Shown here: positions 1 to 11,750 of the stretch, piece after piece
How the letters are laid out: each line of letters starts with the position of its first letter
Position numbering within the stretch: the first letter of the stretch is position 1
Virus record (IMG/VR): IMGVR_UViG_2061766007_001950
DNA: 34,200 bases
Direction: 5' to 3' (one strand)
Origin: an uncultured virus (IMG/VR IMGVR_UViG_2061766007_001950)
Lineage: Duplodnaviria > Heunggongvirae > Uroviricota > Caudoviricetes
Made by a program: the position numbers and the translations under genes
Notes under the pieces: generated by a model
Database searches by the model: none
What the model was told of the DNA's origin: nothing
What the model saw: the letters and a program-made list of their open reading frames with translations, nothing else

Positions 1-51
1 ACTGCGCTGGACACCTTCTTCGTAGGCGACACGGAGCTCATGAACTACGTG
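1..51 (+). CDS. Probable fragment of the phage P4/D5-family primase-helicase
   Basis: Frame 1 reads TALDTFFVGDTELMNYV, resembling the segment before the SF3 helicase domain; followed by a long gap. Confidence 0.55.
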
Positions 52-676
52 NNNNNNNNNNNNNNNNNNNNNNNNNNNNNNNNNNNNNNNNNNNNNNNNN
101 NNNNNNNNNNNNNNNNNNNNNNNNNNNNNNNNNNNNNNNNNNNNNNNNNNNNNNNNNNNNNNNNNNNNNNNNNNNNNNNNNNNNNNNNNNNNNNNNNNNN
201 NNNNNNNNNNNNNNNNNNNNNNNNNNNNNNNNNNNNNNNNNNNNNNNNNNNNNNNNNNNNNNNNNNNNNNNNNNNNNNNNNNNNNNNNNNNNNNNNNNNN
301 NNNNNNNNNNNNNNNNNNNNNNNNNNNNNNNNNNNNNNNNNNNNNNNNNNNNNNNNNNNNNNNNNNNNNNNNNNNNNNNNNNNNNNNNNNNNNNNNNNNN
401 NNNNNNNNNNNNNNNNNNNNNNNNNNNNNNNNNNNNNNNNNNNNNNNNNNNNNNNNNNNNNNNNNNNNNNNNNNNNNNNNNNNNNNNNNNNNNNNNNNNN
501 NNNNNNNNNNNNNNNNNNNNNNNNNNNNNNNNNNNNNNNNNNNNNNNNNNNNNNNNNNNNNNNNNNNNNNNNNNNNNNNNNNNNNNNNNNNNNNNNNNNN
601 NNNNNNNNNNNNNNNNNNNNNNNNNNNNNNNNNNNNNNNNNNNNNNNNNNNNNNNNNNNNNNNNNNNNNNNNNNNT

Positions 677-1005
677 GATGCAGTAAAGAAACGCGGCGGT
701 CTGGCTCCCAAGTTTGTAAGCCCGGGCTTGGACGGCATGCCTGATCGTATCGTACTGATGCCGGGCGGACGGCTGGCCTTTGTGGAGGTCAAGGCTCCGG
801 GAAAGAAACCAAGACCGCTGCAGGAAGCCAGACACAAAAAACTACGCGAGCTTGGCTTTTCCGTTTACACCCTTGATGACAAAGACCAGATCGGAGGAAT
901 CCTTGATGAANNNNNNNNNNACTGCGTGAGCTTGGCTTTACCGTTTACACCCTTGATGACAAAGACCAGATCGGAGGAATCCTTGATGAAATATGTACCA
1001 CATGA
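677..1005 (+). CDS. VRR-NUC domain nuclease (two overlapping fragments; N-terminus MLEKSIEKKL is at 3028-3059)
   Basis: KFVSPGLDGMPDRIVL...FVEVKAPGKKPRPLQ PD-(D/E)xK motif; stop TGA at 1003-1005 overlaps the SNF2 start. Confidence 0.9.
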
Positions 1006-4000
1006 TTATCAGCAGTATGCAACCGAATATATCAAATCCCACCCGGTTGCTGCCGTGCTGCTGGATATGGGCTTAGGCAAGACGGCTATCAGCCTGACCG
1101 CACTTCTTGACCTGCTGTTCGACAGCTTCGAGGCTCACCGCATACTGGTGATCGCACCTCTTAGGGTAGCACGGGACACGTGGCCTGCAGAAATTGAGAA
1201 ATGGGATCACCTGAACATGCTGACCTACTCCGTCGCTGTCGGCACCGAGAAAGACCGGAAGGCTGCCCTGATGCGAGATGCAGATATCTATATCATCAAC
1301 CGGGAGAACGTCCAGTGGCTGGTCGAGCAAAGCGGTATCCCGTTCACCTTCGATACGGTCATTGTGGATGAGCTCTCATCATTTAAGAACCACCAGTCAA
1401 AACGCTTCAAGGCTCTGATGAAGGTGCGGCCACGGATCAAGCGGATNNNNNNNNNNTGACAGCTTCGAAGCTCACCGCATACTGGTGATCGCACCTCTTA
1501 GGGTAGCACGGGACACATGGCCTGCGGAGATCGAAAAATGGGATCACCTGAGCATGCTGACCTATTCCGTCGCTGTCGGTTCCGAGAAAGACCGGAAGAC
1601 TGCCCTGATGCGAGATGCGGATATCTATATCATCAACCGCGAGAATGTCCAGTGGCTGGTCGAGCAAAGCGGCATCCCGTTCACCTTCGATACGGTCATT
1701 GTGGATGAGCTCTCCTCCTTTAAGAACCACCAATCAAAACGCTTTAAGGCTCTGATGAAGGTGCGGCCACGGATCAAGCGGATCGTCGGTTTGACCGGCA
1801 CCCCTTCCGCGAACGGTCTGATGGATCTCTGGGCAGAGTTTAAGGTGCTGGATATGGGGCAGCGGCTCGGGCGCTTTATCGGAATGTACCGTAACAACTA
1901 TTTCAGACCGGACAAGCGCAACGGCCAGATCATCTACTCATACAAACTCCTGCCCGGTGCGGATAAGGCGATCTATAAACAGATCTCTGACATCACCATT
2001 TCCATGAAGGCAACCGATCATCTGAAGATGCCGGAGCTTGTGATGAACACGCACACCGTGGAGCTTTCCGATGATGAGCGTGAGCACTACGACGAACTGA
2101 AGCAGACACTGGTGCTGCAGCTTCCGGAGAAGGAAATCACAGTGGCCAACGCNNNNNNNNNNGAAACCGGTGCTGGTGGCCTACTGGTTCAAGCACGATC
2201 TTGAGCGCATCAANNNNNNNNNNGAACATGTCCGCCGACACCCTGACCGTGGGCTGCAAGCGGAATGTCAAACCGGAACTGGCTGAGGCCAAGGGCAAGC
2301 GCCTTCTGATCGCATCCGAGCTTGAGGAAGGCATGCGCCTTTCCACTTCCAACGTGAAGCAGCTCTGCTCCACCGACGAGATCTATGCGGAGAAAAAATA
2401 CAAAGACCCCTTCTCCTATGTCCCGACGCACACGCTGGTGCTCTATACCAATCACCTGCCGAAGGTGGGAGCGCTTGATGCCGGTACGTGGAGAAGGCTG
2501 ATCGTGATCCCATTCAATGCCGTCATTGAGGGAAACAGCGACATCAAGAATTACGCCGACTACCTGTATAAGAAATGCGGNNNNNNNNNNNNNNNNNNNN
2601 NNNNNNNNNNNNNNNNNNNNNNNNNNNNNNNNNNNNNNNNNNNNNNNNNNNNNNNNNNNNNNNNNCTCACAGTTTCTGGATGAGCGCTGCGAGCTGGATC
2701 AGAGCTATACGACCAAGTCCGGTGAGTTTTATAACGAATACCGCAGCTACTGCATGCAGGTCGGAGAGTATATCCGCAGCACGACGGATTTCTATACAGC
2801 ACTGGATCAGGCTGGCTTTGAGAAAAAGCGTACCAAGACCGGAGTTATGGTCTTCGGAGTCCGCTTAAAGTCTGATTTCATGAAGGATTAGGACTAATGG
2901 TGTAGGTCGATGAAGCTCTTTTCTACAACTACTCTTAGAGCCTAAAAAACAGCCTATAAGAAAAGTTAGCGATATGACCTTAATCGACCTGCACCACCGT
3001 TTAATTCACTGATGAAAGGAAGGCACAATGCTTGAAAAATCAATCGAAAAGAAACTGGCNNNNNNNNNNAATCAGCCTGACCGCACTTCTTGATCTGCTG
3101 TTCGATAGCTTCGAGGCTCACCGCATACTGGTAATTGCGCCTCTTAGGGTAGCACGTGACACGTGGCCTGCGGAGATCGAGAAATGGGATCACCTGAGCA
3201 TGCTGACCTACTCCGTCGCTGTCGGTTCCGAGAAAGACAGGAAGGCAGCCCTGATGCGTGATGCGGATATCTATATCATTAACCGCGAGAATGTCCAGTG
3301 GCTGGTCGAGCAAAGCGGCATCCCCTTCACCTTCGATACGGTCATTGTGGATGAGCTCTCATCATTTAAGAACCANNNNNNNNNNNNNNNNNNNNNNNNN
3401 NNNNNNNNNTGTCGGTTTGACCGGCACCCCTTCCGCAAATGGTCTGATGGATCTCTGGGCAGAGTTTAAGGTGCTGGATATGGGACAGCGGCTTGGACGC
3501 TTTATCGGGATGTACCGTAACAACTACTTCAGGCCGGACAAGCGTAACGGCCAGATCATCTACTCCTACAAGCTCCTGCCCGGTGCTGACAAGGCGATTT
3601 ATAAACAGATCTCCGACATCACTATTTCCATGAAGGCGACCGACCATCTGAAGATGCCGGAGCTCGTGATGAATACGCACACAGTGGAGCTTTCCGATGA
3701 TGAGCGTGAGCACTACGACGAGCTGAAACAGACACTGGTGCTGCAGCTTCCGGAGAAGGAAATCACAGTGGCCAACGCCGCAGCCCTCACCGGGAAGCTC
3801 CTGCAGATGGCCAACGGTGCGATCTATGACGATGACGGCGACCACATCCATATCCATGACCGGAAGCTGGATGCACTGGAAGATTTGATCGAAGGTGCCA
3901 ACGGCAAACCGGTGCTGGTGGCCTACTGGTTCAAGCACGATCTTGAGCGCATCAAGTCCCGGTTCAAGGTCAGGGAGATAAAATCATCTTCCGACATCCG

Positions 4001-4423
4001 CGAATGGAATGCAGGAAAGATCCCGGTTGCTGTGATCCACCCTGCCTCAGCCGGGCACGGACTCAACCTGCAGACTGGAGGCTCCACCCTTATCTGGTTC
4101 GGCCTCACGTGGTCGCTGGAACTGTANNNNNNNNNNCATCTGGTTCGGGCTTACGTGGTCGCTGGAACTGTACCAGCAGACCAACGCCCGTCTTTGGAGA
4201 CAGGGACAGCAGGACACCGTCGTGATCCACCACATCATTACGGANNNNNNNNNNTCAGCAGACCAATGCCCGTCTGTGGAGACAGGGACAGCAGGACACC
4301 GTCGTGATCCACCACATCATTACGGATGATACGGTCGATGGCCGGGTGCTGAAAGCCCTGCAGTCAAAAGAGAAAATACAGGACAGCCTGATCGCTGCGG
4401 TCAAGGCGGAGCTGTCCAAGTGA
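986..4423 (+). CDS. SNF2-family (DExx) phage helicase, redundant fragments interleaved with the primase pieces
   Basis: ATG 986 MKYVPHDYQ; motif I LDMGLGKT; motif II VDELS; motif III LTGTP; SAGHGLNLQ; QTNARLWRQGQ; stop 4421-4423. Confidence 0.92.
2224..2891 (+). CDS. P4/D5-family phage primase-helicase, C-terminal part
   Basis: ELAEAKGKRLLIASELEEG (Walker B region), LVLYTNHLPKV, GTWRRLIVIPF, and a C-terminal tail ending VRLKSDFMKD* at 2891. Confidence 0.88.
2898..2996. repeat. Long imperfect inverted repeat downstream of the primase (candidate replication origin)
   Basis: TGGTGTAGGTCGATGAAG (2898-2915) versus CTTAATCGACCTGCACCA (2979-2996), 16/18 complementary; inner arms AACTACTCTTAGAG and CTATAAGAAAAGTT; AT-rich centre. 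Confidence 0.6.
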
Positions 4424-4487
4424 CAACCACAGCAAACAAAGGTCAATCAGAGTCAACCCGAGGACGTTACAAATCGGAGGTGAGACT

Positions 4488-4673
4488 TTGAACCCATACG
4501 AGAATCTGGCGAATGCCATCGTGCTGCAGGCCGTGAAGGATTACCGGCTGACTGACGACGAGGCAGAGCTCGCCGAGATCGAGCGCTTCTTCCGCTCCGA
4601 CTGGTTTGGTGTTCTGACGGACGTTGATCCGGAGTATCTCATCAGAAGGCTGCGGAAGGAGAAAGATAAATGA
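4488..4673 (+). CDS. Small conserved phage hypothetical protein (61 aa)
   Basis: GGAGG RBS, TTG start, MNPYENLANAIVLQAVKDYR...IERFFRSDWF; ATGA overlap with the next gene. Confidence 0.8.
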   Translation: MNPYENLANAIVLQAVKDYRLTDDEAELAEIERFFRSDWFGVLTDVDPEYLIRRLRKEKDK

Positions 4674-5425
4674 CAGCAAAAGAATATTTATCACAGGCAC
4701 GGACACTGGACATGCGTATCAAGTCCAAGCTCCAGCAGATTGAATCACTGAACGATCTGGCTACCTCCTGCACCACTGTCTACAGCGACATGCCGAGAAA
4801 CCCGAATCGCGGCGGCTCCAAAGTAGAACGCGCGGTGCTTAAGATCATCGAGGTCGAGGACAGCTTAAAGCGTGACGTGGAGGATCTGGTGGAATTGAAG
4901 AAAGAGATCATGCACACAATTCATTCCGTGTCCGACGTCGAACTGCAAACCCTGCTGGAGAAGCGGTACCTCTGCTTCCTCTCGTGGGAGAAGATTGCGG
5001 TCGACATGCATTACAGCATCCAGCATATCTTCCGGATGCACGATCAGGCACTTTCTAAAGTTTCTGCCATCATGAGNNNNNNNNNNCTGAAGAAGGAGAT
5101 AATGCACACGATCCATTCCGTGTCCGACGTCGAACTGCAAACCCTGCTGGAGAAGCGGTACCTCTGCTTCCTCTCGTGGGAGAAGATTGCGGTCGATATG
5201 CATTACAGCATCCAGCACATCTTCCGGATGCACGATCAGGCACTTTCTAAAGTTTCTGCCATCATGAGNNNNNNNNNNAAAGGTAGAACGTGCGGTGCTT
5301 AAGATCATCGAGGTCGAGGACAGCTTAAAGCGTGACGTTGAGGATCTGGTGGAACTGAAAAAAGAGATCATGCAGACGATCCATTCCGTGTCCGACGTCG
5401 AACTGCAAACCCTGCTGGAGAAGCG
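4670..5425 (+). CDS. RinA/ArpU/DUF1492-like late transcriptional activator with sigma70 region-4-type HTH (main copy 4670-5076, plus redundant fragments)
   Basis: MTAKEYLSQA start; LLEKRYLCFLSWEKIAVDMHYSIQHIFRMHDQAL HTH; typical position just before HNH/terS. Confidence 0.82.
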
Positions 5426-5435
5426 NNNNNNNNNN

Positions 5436-5482
5436 AGTAAATGAGAGTGAATGAGAGTTTCCTTTTATGATATTGTTATGAT
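5436..5482 (+). promoter_or_regulatory. Putative late promoter: 10-bp-period ATGAGAGT repeats plus extended -10
   Basis: AGTAA-ATGAGAGTGA-ATGAGAGT at 5436-5458; TG-T-TATGAT at 5474-5482; no clear -35. Confidence 0.55.
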
Positions 5483-5504
5483 GGACAAGATGAAACAACG
5501 GACG

Positions 5505-5540
5505 AGCCTTGCAGGACGTAAACCCTGCAGGGCTTTTCTT
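5505..5540 (+). terminator. Intrinsic terminator-like hairpin upstream of HNH
   Basis: AGCCTTGCAGG, 8-nt loop, CCTGCAGGGCT, then TTTCTT. Confidence 0.65.
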
Positions 5541-5620
5541 ATGAACGGAGGTGACGCAAGGTGCCAAGNNNNNNNNNNAAAACCCTGCAGGGCTTTTCTT
5601 ATGAACGGAGGTGACGCAAG

Positions 5621-5989
5621 GTGCCAAGGAAACCAAAGCGTCCCTGCTCCTTCCCCGGCTGTCCCAACCTGACAGACGGACGCTTCTGTCCGGAGCACGA
5701 ACGGCAGGAGCAACGACGCTACGAGAAGTACGACCGCGACAAGACTTCCAAGCGAAGGTACGGTCGTGCTTGGAAACGAATCCGCGACCGTTATATTCAT
5801 GCCCACCCTCTCTGCGAGCGATGCCTTACGGAAGGACGGTACGTAAAGGCTGAACAGGTGCACCACATCAGACCGCTGTCCGAAGGCGGCAGTCATAATG
5901 ATGAGAACCTGATGAGTCTATGCACGGCCTGCCATGCGAAGATCCATGCCGAAAGAGGCGACCGCTGGAACACCCACTCCGATGGGTAG
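5621..5989 (+). CDS. HNH endonuclease (HK97 gp74-like terminase cofactor); second partial copy at 6084-6245
   Basis: GGAGG RBS, GTG start; CxxPGC, HPLCERC, VHHIRPL...NLMSLCTACHAKIH. Confidence 0.93.
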   Translation: MPRKPKRPCSFPGCPNLTDGRFCPEHERQEQRRYEKYDRDKTSKRRYGRAWKRIRDRYIHAHPLCERCLTEGRYVKAEQVHHIRPLSEGGSHNDENLMSLCTACHAKIHAERGDRWNTHSDG

Positions 5990-6073
5990 GGGCGGTCTGA
6001 ATCTCTACAGCACATGCTCCGCAGAACGGGCGTGGGGTCACGTGTGCGCGTGCGCGGTTTCAAACGGGGAATA
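5983..6073. other. Probable cos/packaging initiation region
   Basis: GC-rich non-coding stretch between HNH and terS, the usual cos location in HNH-containing HK97-like phages. Positional inference only. Confidence 0.45.
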
Positions 6074-6283
6074 NNNNNNNNNNGCGGAAGGACGGTACGT
6101 AAAGGCTGAGCAGGTGCACCACATCAAACCGCTGTCCGAAGGAGGCAGCCATAATGATGAGAACCTGATGAGTTTATGTACGGCATGCCATGCAAAGATC
6201 CATGCCGAGAGAGGCGACCGCTGGCACACCCACTCCGATGGGTAGGGNNNNNNNNNNTACCCCAGAAATGTGAGGTGATTATC

Positions 6284-7256
6284 ATGGCTAAGGACGGTAC
6301 CAACCGTGGCGGTGCCCGGATGGGTGCCGGAGCCAAAAAGAAGCCCTTGGTCGACAAGATCAATGAAGGCAATCCGGGCAAGAGAACGCTGACTGTCATC
6401 GACTTCGATTCGCACGCAGCCGATTTGGAAGGTCAACCGATGCCCAAGCCGTCAAAGCTCCTGTCTGCGAAACAAAAAGATGGGAAAAAGCTGCAGGCGG
6501 CAGCAATCTACAAAATTACATGGGAGTGGCTGCATGAACGCGGCTGCTCCTCTTTNNNNNNNNNNTTGTCTGCAAAACAGAAGGACGGGAAAAAGCTGCA
6601 GGCGGCAGCGATCTACAAAATTACATGGGAGTGGCTGCATGAGCGCGGCTGCTCCTCTTTAGTTTCCCCTCAGCTACTTGAGCGCTATGCCATGAGCTGT
6701 GCAAGGTGGATTCAATGCGAAGAGGCCGTGACGGAGTTTGGTTTCCTTGCCAAGCACCCCACCACGGGAAACGCGATCCAGAGTCCATACGTTGCGATGG
6801 GACAGAACTATATGAGCCAGACCAATCGGCTCTGGATGGAGATCTACCAGATCGTGAAAGAAAATTGTGCCTCGGAGTATACCGGCACCAACCCACAGGA
6901 TGATGTGATGGAACGGCTGCTCAGGGCGAGGCGCGGAGAAATNNNNNNNNNNTGGCTTCCTTGCCAAGCACCCCACCACGGGAAACGCGATCCAGAGTCC
7001 ATATGTTGCAATGGGACAGAACTACATGAGCCAGACTAACCGGCTCTGGATGGAAATCTACCAGATCGTGAAAGAAAATTGCGCCTCGGAGTACACCGGC
7101 ATGAGTCCGCAGGATGATGTGATGGAACGGCTGCTCAGGGCGAGGCGCGGAGAAANNNNNNNNNNTGGCACCAATCCGCAGGATGATGTGATGGAACGGC
7201 TGCTCAGGGCGAGGCGCGGAGAAANNNNNNNNNNAGCGAGGCGCGGAGAAATGTAA
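6284..7256 (+). CDS. terS: Terminase small subunit (P27-family-like), composite of fragments
   Basis: MAKDGTNRGGARMGAGAKKK...GNPGKR; LLERYAMSCARWIQCE; GNAIQSPYV; ends DDVMERLLRARRGEM*. Confidence 0.88.
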
Positions 7257-7267
7257 GAATCGGAGGA

Positions 7268-8755
7268 ATGATTATGTTTGAAAAAGTGAATCCGGCTCAC
7301 CCGGACAAAGTGGCTGACCGCATCGCCGGTGCCCTCGTGGATCTGGCCTATGAAAAAGAAGCTGATCCGAGGATCGCTGTCGAAGTCCTGATCGGTCACG
7401 GAACCTGCCACATCATTGCTGAGACATCAGTTAGTATCTCCCCTGATGAGGCAGCTGTAATCGTAAGCCGCATCGCAGGTAGCCTTGCTGTCGATTACTG
7501 TGAGGTGCCGCAGGATCAGCACCTGTCGGATAACCAGAAGAACGGCATCCGCTGCGGTGACAACGGAATCTTCAAAGGCGTCCCTGTAACAGATGAGCAG
7601 AAAGCCCTGTCGAAGATCGCAAGGGATCTGTATGAGAAATATGGCTGTGACGGCAAATACATTANNNNNNNNNNCGCTGATCCGAAGATCGCCGTTGAAG
7701 TCCTGATCGGCCACGGAACCTGCCACATCATCGCTGAGACATCGGTTAGTATCTCCCCCGATGAGGTGGCAGCGATCGTAAGCCGCATCGCAGGTAGCCT
7801 TACTGTCGATTACCGCGAAGTGCCGCAGGATCAGCACCTGTCGGATAACCAGAAAGACGGCATCCGCTGTGGTGACAACGGGATCTTCAAAGGCGTCCCG
7901 GTAACAGACGAGCAGAAAACCTTGTCGAAGATCGCAAGGGATCTGTATCAGAAATATGGCTGTGACGGCAAATACATCATTGATGAAGCAAGGCTGATCA
8001 TCTGCCAGAGCAATGCTGCCTCGGATGAGATTGCAGCCACATACCCCACTGCCGAGATCAATCCCCTCGGGGACTGGACTGGCGGTACGGACGTGGACTC
8101 CGGCGCTACCAACAGGAAACTCGGATCAGATATGGCTGACTCCGTGACTGGCGGCGGCCTGCACGGAAAAGACCTGTCCAAAGCAGATGTCAGTGTGAAC
8201 ATCTACGCGTGGCTCAAAGCGCAGGAAATCGGACAGCCGGTCACCCTTTGCTGTGCCATCGGGGATGAGTCCGTTGATGNNNNNNNNNNTTGCACGGAAA
8301 GGATCTATCCAAAGCAGATGTCAGTGTAAACATCTACGCATGGCTCAAAGCGCAGGANNNNNNNNNNCGGGGACTGGACTGGCGGCACGGACGTAGACTC
8401 CGGCGCTACCAACAGAAAACTCGGATCAGATATGGCCGACTCCGTGACTGGCGGCGGCCTGCACGGAAAGGATCTGTCCAAAGCAGATGTCAGTGTAAAC
8501 ATCTACGCATGGCTCAAAGCGCAGGAAACCGGACAGCCGGTCACCCTTTGCTGTGCCATCGGAGATGAGTCCGTTGATGGTATTCCGTATATCGACATAG
8601 TAGAAACAGCGAGNNNNNNNNNNCTCACCCTTTGCTGTGCCATCGGAGATGAGTTCGTTGATGGAATTCCGTATATCGACATAGTAGAAACAGCGAGAAA
8701 CTTCATCCGCGATATTGGCGGATTCGAGAAGTTCGCTGAGTGGGGTCTCGTATGA
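7268..8755 (+). CDS. metK: Shortened S-adenosylmethionine synthetase (MetK)-like protein, about 260 aa once redundant fragments are merged
   Basis: EKVNPAHPDKVAD, CGDNG, DGK, GGTDVDSGATNRK and GGGLHGKDLSKAD match the MetK signatures GHPDK, GAGDQG, D(G/A)K, GG..D.G.TGRK and GGGAFSGKD.SKVD. Confidence 0.85.
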
Positions 8756-11645
8756 ATATAGAAAAGAAAAATGTGAAAGACTTACTCCCGGCTGACTACA
8801 ATCCCCGTAAGGATCTGCAGCCCGGAGATCCAGAATATGAAAAGCTGAAACGCTCCATCGAGCAGTTTGGCTATGTGGAGCCGGTCATATGGAATAAACA
8901 GACCGGACGTGTGGTCGGCGGTCACCAGCGCTTGAAGGTGCTCATCGATTCCGGCATTACCGAGGTTGATGTCGTTGTCGTTGATATGAACACAGAAAAA
9001 GAAAAAGCGCTCAACATCGCCCTGAACAAAATCAGCGGCGAATGGGATACGGACAAACTGGCTCTTGTGATCGCAGATCTNNNNNNNNNNTTCCGGCATT
9101 ACCGAGGTCGATGTTGTTGTCGTCGATATGAACACGGAAAAAGAAAAAGCGCTCAACATCGCCCTGAACAAGATCAGCGGCGAATGGGATACGGACAAGC
9201 TGGCTCTTGTGATTGCAGATCTGCAGGGTGCTGACTTTGATGTCTCCCTCACCGGCTTTGAGCCGGAGGAGCTGGACGACTTATTCCGTGACGATGTAAA
9301 AGACGGAGTCAAGGAGGACGACTTTGATGTTGAGGCTGAGCTTCAAAAGCCGGTCTTCTCAAAAGCTGGCGACCTGTGGATGCTCGGCGAGCACCGCCTN
9401 NNNNNNNNNTGGTTTTGATCCGGAGGAACTGGACGACTTGTTCCGTGACGATGTAAAAGGTGGCGTTAAGGAGGACGACTTTGATGTCGAGGCTGAGCTG
9501 AGGAAGCCGGTCTTCTCCAAAGCTGGCGACCTTTGGATGCTCGGCGAGCACCGCCTGCTTTGCGGCGACTCCACCAAGCCGGANNNNNNNNNNCGGTTTT
9601 GATCCGGAGGAACTGGACGACCTGTTCCGTGACGATGTAAAAGATGGCGTTAAGGAGGACGACTTTGATGTCGAGGCTGAGCTTCAAAAGCCGGTCTTCT
9701 CCAAAGCTGGCGACCTGTGGATGCTTGGCGANNNNNNNNNNGACAGACCCTCCGTACAACGTGAACTACAAAGGCACTGCCGGGAAGATCAAAAATGACA
9801 AGATGGCTGAGGATCAGTTTGAGCAGTTCCTGCTCGCTGCCTATAGCCAGATGTATGAGAGCATGACGGACGATGCCAGCATCTACGTCTTCCACTCCGA
9901 CTCCCACGGTCTTGCCTTCCGTAANNNNNNNNNNCTTCTGCGGCGACTCCACCAAATCGGAAACCTATGAGCTTTTGATGAACGGAAAGCACGCGCAGCT
10001 GGTCGTGACAGACCCTCCGTACAACGTGGACTACAAAGGTACTGCTGGAAAGATCAAAAACGACAAGATGGCCGAGGATCAGTTTGAGCAGTTCCTGCTC
10101 GCTGCCTACAGCCAAATGTATGAGAGCATGACGGACGACGCCAGCATCTACGTCTTCCATTCCGACTCCCACGGTCTTGCCTTCCGTAAGGCCTTTGAGG
10201 AGGCAGGCTTCTATCTTTCCGGATGCTGCATCTGGAAAAAGCAGTCGCTGGTGCTCGGAAGAAGCCCGTACCANNNNNNNNNNCGAACGGAAAGAAGGCA
10301 CAGCTGGTCGTGACTGATCCTCCGTACAACGTGGACTACAAAGGCACCGCCGGAAAGATCAAGAATGACAAGATGGCCGAGGATCAGTTTGAGCAGTTCC
10401 TGCTCGCTGCCTACAGCCAAATGTATGAGAGCATGACAGACGACGCCAGCATCTACGTCTTCCACTCCGACTCCCACGGTCTTGCCTTCCGTAANNNNNN
10501 NNNNAACTGATCCTCCCTACAACGTAGACTACAAAGGCACTGCCGGAAAGATCAAAAACGACAAGATGTCCGAGGATCAGTTTGAGCAGTTCCTGCTCGC
10601 TGCCTACAGCCAAATGTATNNNNNNNNNNNNNNNNNNNNNNNNNNNNNNNNNNNNNNNNNNNNNNNNNNNNNNNNGAAGCAGTCGCTGGTGCTCGGAAGA
10701 AGCCCGTACCAGTGGCAGCACGAACCGGTGCTCTTTGGCTGGAAGAAGAAAGGCAAACATCAGTGGTATACCGGAAGAAAGGAATCCACGATCTGGGAGT
10801 TTGATAAGCCGAAAAAGAANNNNNNNNNNGCATCAGTGGTATACCGGAAGAAAAGAATCCACGATCTGGGAATTTGATAAGCCGAAGAAGAACGCAGATC
10901 ACCCGACCATGAAGCCGGTGGCTCTTGTGGCCTACCCGATTATGAACTCAACTATGACCGGATGCCTTGTGCTTGATCCGTTCGGCGGCTCCGGCAGCAC
11001 ACTCATTGCCTGTGAGCAGACCGGGCGCATCTGTTATACCGTTGAGCTTGATGAAAAGTTCTGTGATGTGATCGTAAAACGCTATATCGATCAGGTCAGA
11101 TCGGCTGAGGGAGTTACCGTCTTAAGGGACGGTCTCACCTACCGTTTTGATGAGATCGATACAGGTGAAAATTCTCCTGAAAANNNNNNNNNNGGTTGCA
11201 CTTGTTGCTTATCCGATCATGAACTCAACCATGACCGGCTGCCTTGTGCTTGATCCATTCGGCGGCTCCGGCAGCACACTCATTGCCTGCGAGCAGACCG
11301 GGCGTACCTGTTACACTGTTGAGCTTGATGAAAAGTTCTGTGATGTGATCGTAAAACGCTATATNNNNNNNNNNTGTGGCTCTTGTGGCCTACCCTATCA
11401 TGAATTCGACTATGACCGGCTGCCTTGTACTTGATCCATTTGGCGGCTCCGGCAGTACACTCATTGCCTGTGAGCAGACCGGGCGCACCTGTTACACGGT
11501 TGAGCTTGATGAAAAGTTCTGTGATGTGATCGTAAAACGCTATATCGATCAGGTCAGATCAGCAGAGGGAGTTACCGTCTTAAGGGACGGTCTCACCTAC
11601 CGTTTTGACGAGATCGATACAGGTGAAAATTCTCCTGAAAAATAG
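8752..11645 (+). CDS. ParB/Srx-domain amino (N6A/N4C) DNA methyltransferase, beta-class motif order; composite of many fragments
   Basis: N-terminal YNPRK...VGGHQR (ParB-like); DPPY catalytic motif; HPTMKP; LDPFGGSGSTL SAM-binding motif; ATGA overlap with the metK-like gene. Confidence 0.92.
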
Positions 11646-11676
11646 CACAGATATATCGANNNNNNNNNNCATAAAA

Positions 11677-11716
11677 GACTTGCTATTACTGGCTTTTAGA
11701 GTGATATATGTACTAC
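11677..11716 (+). promoter_or_regulatory. Array repeat motif copy 1 (GACTTGCTAT-N10-TAGAG...TACC)
   Basis: GACTTGCTAT TACTGGCTTT TAGAGTGATATATGTACTACC, followed by GGAGG and ATG 11751. Confidence 0.75.
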
Positions 11717-11750
11717 CGAAAAAGCACAGAAAGCAAAGGAGGATTCAAAA

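Noticed and set aside
38..835. Long ORFs at 38-835 and 40-678
   Set aside because: They consist almost entirely of N.
2163..3060. Primase inserted within the SNF2 helicase gene
   Set aside because: Boundaries are N gaps, and the VRR-NUC start at 3028 follows the primase, giving the normal order primase, VRR-NUC, SNF2; this is a scaffold ordering artefact.
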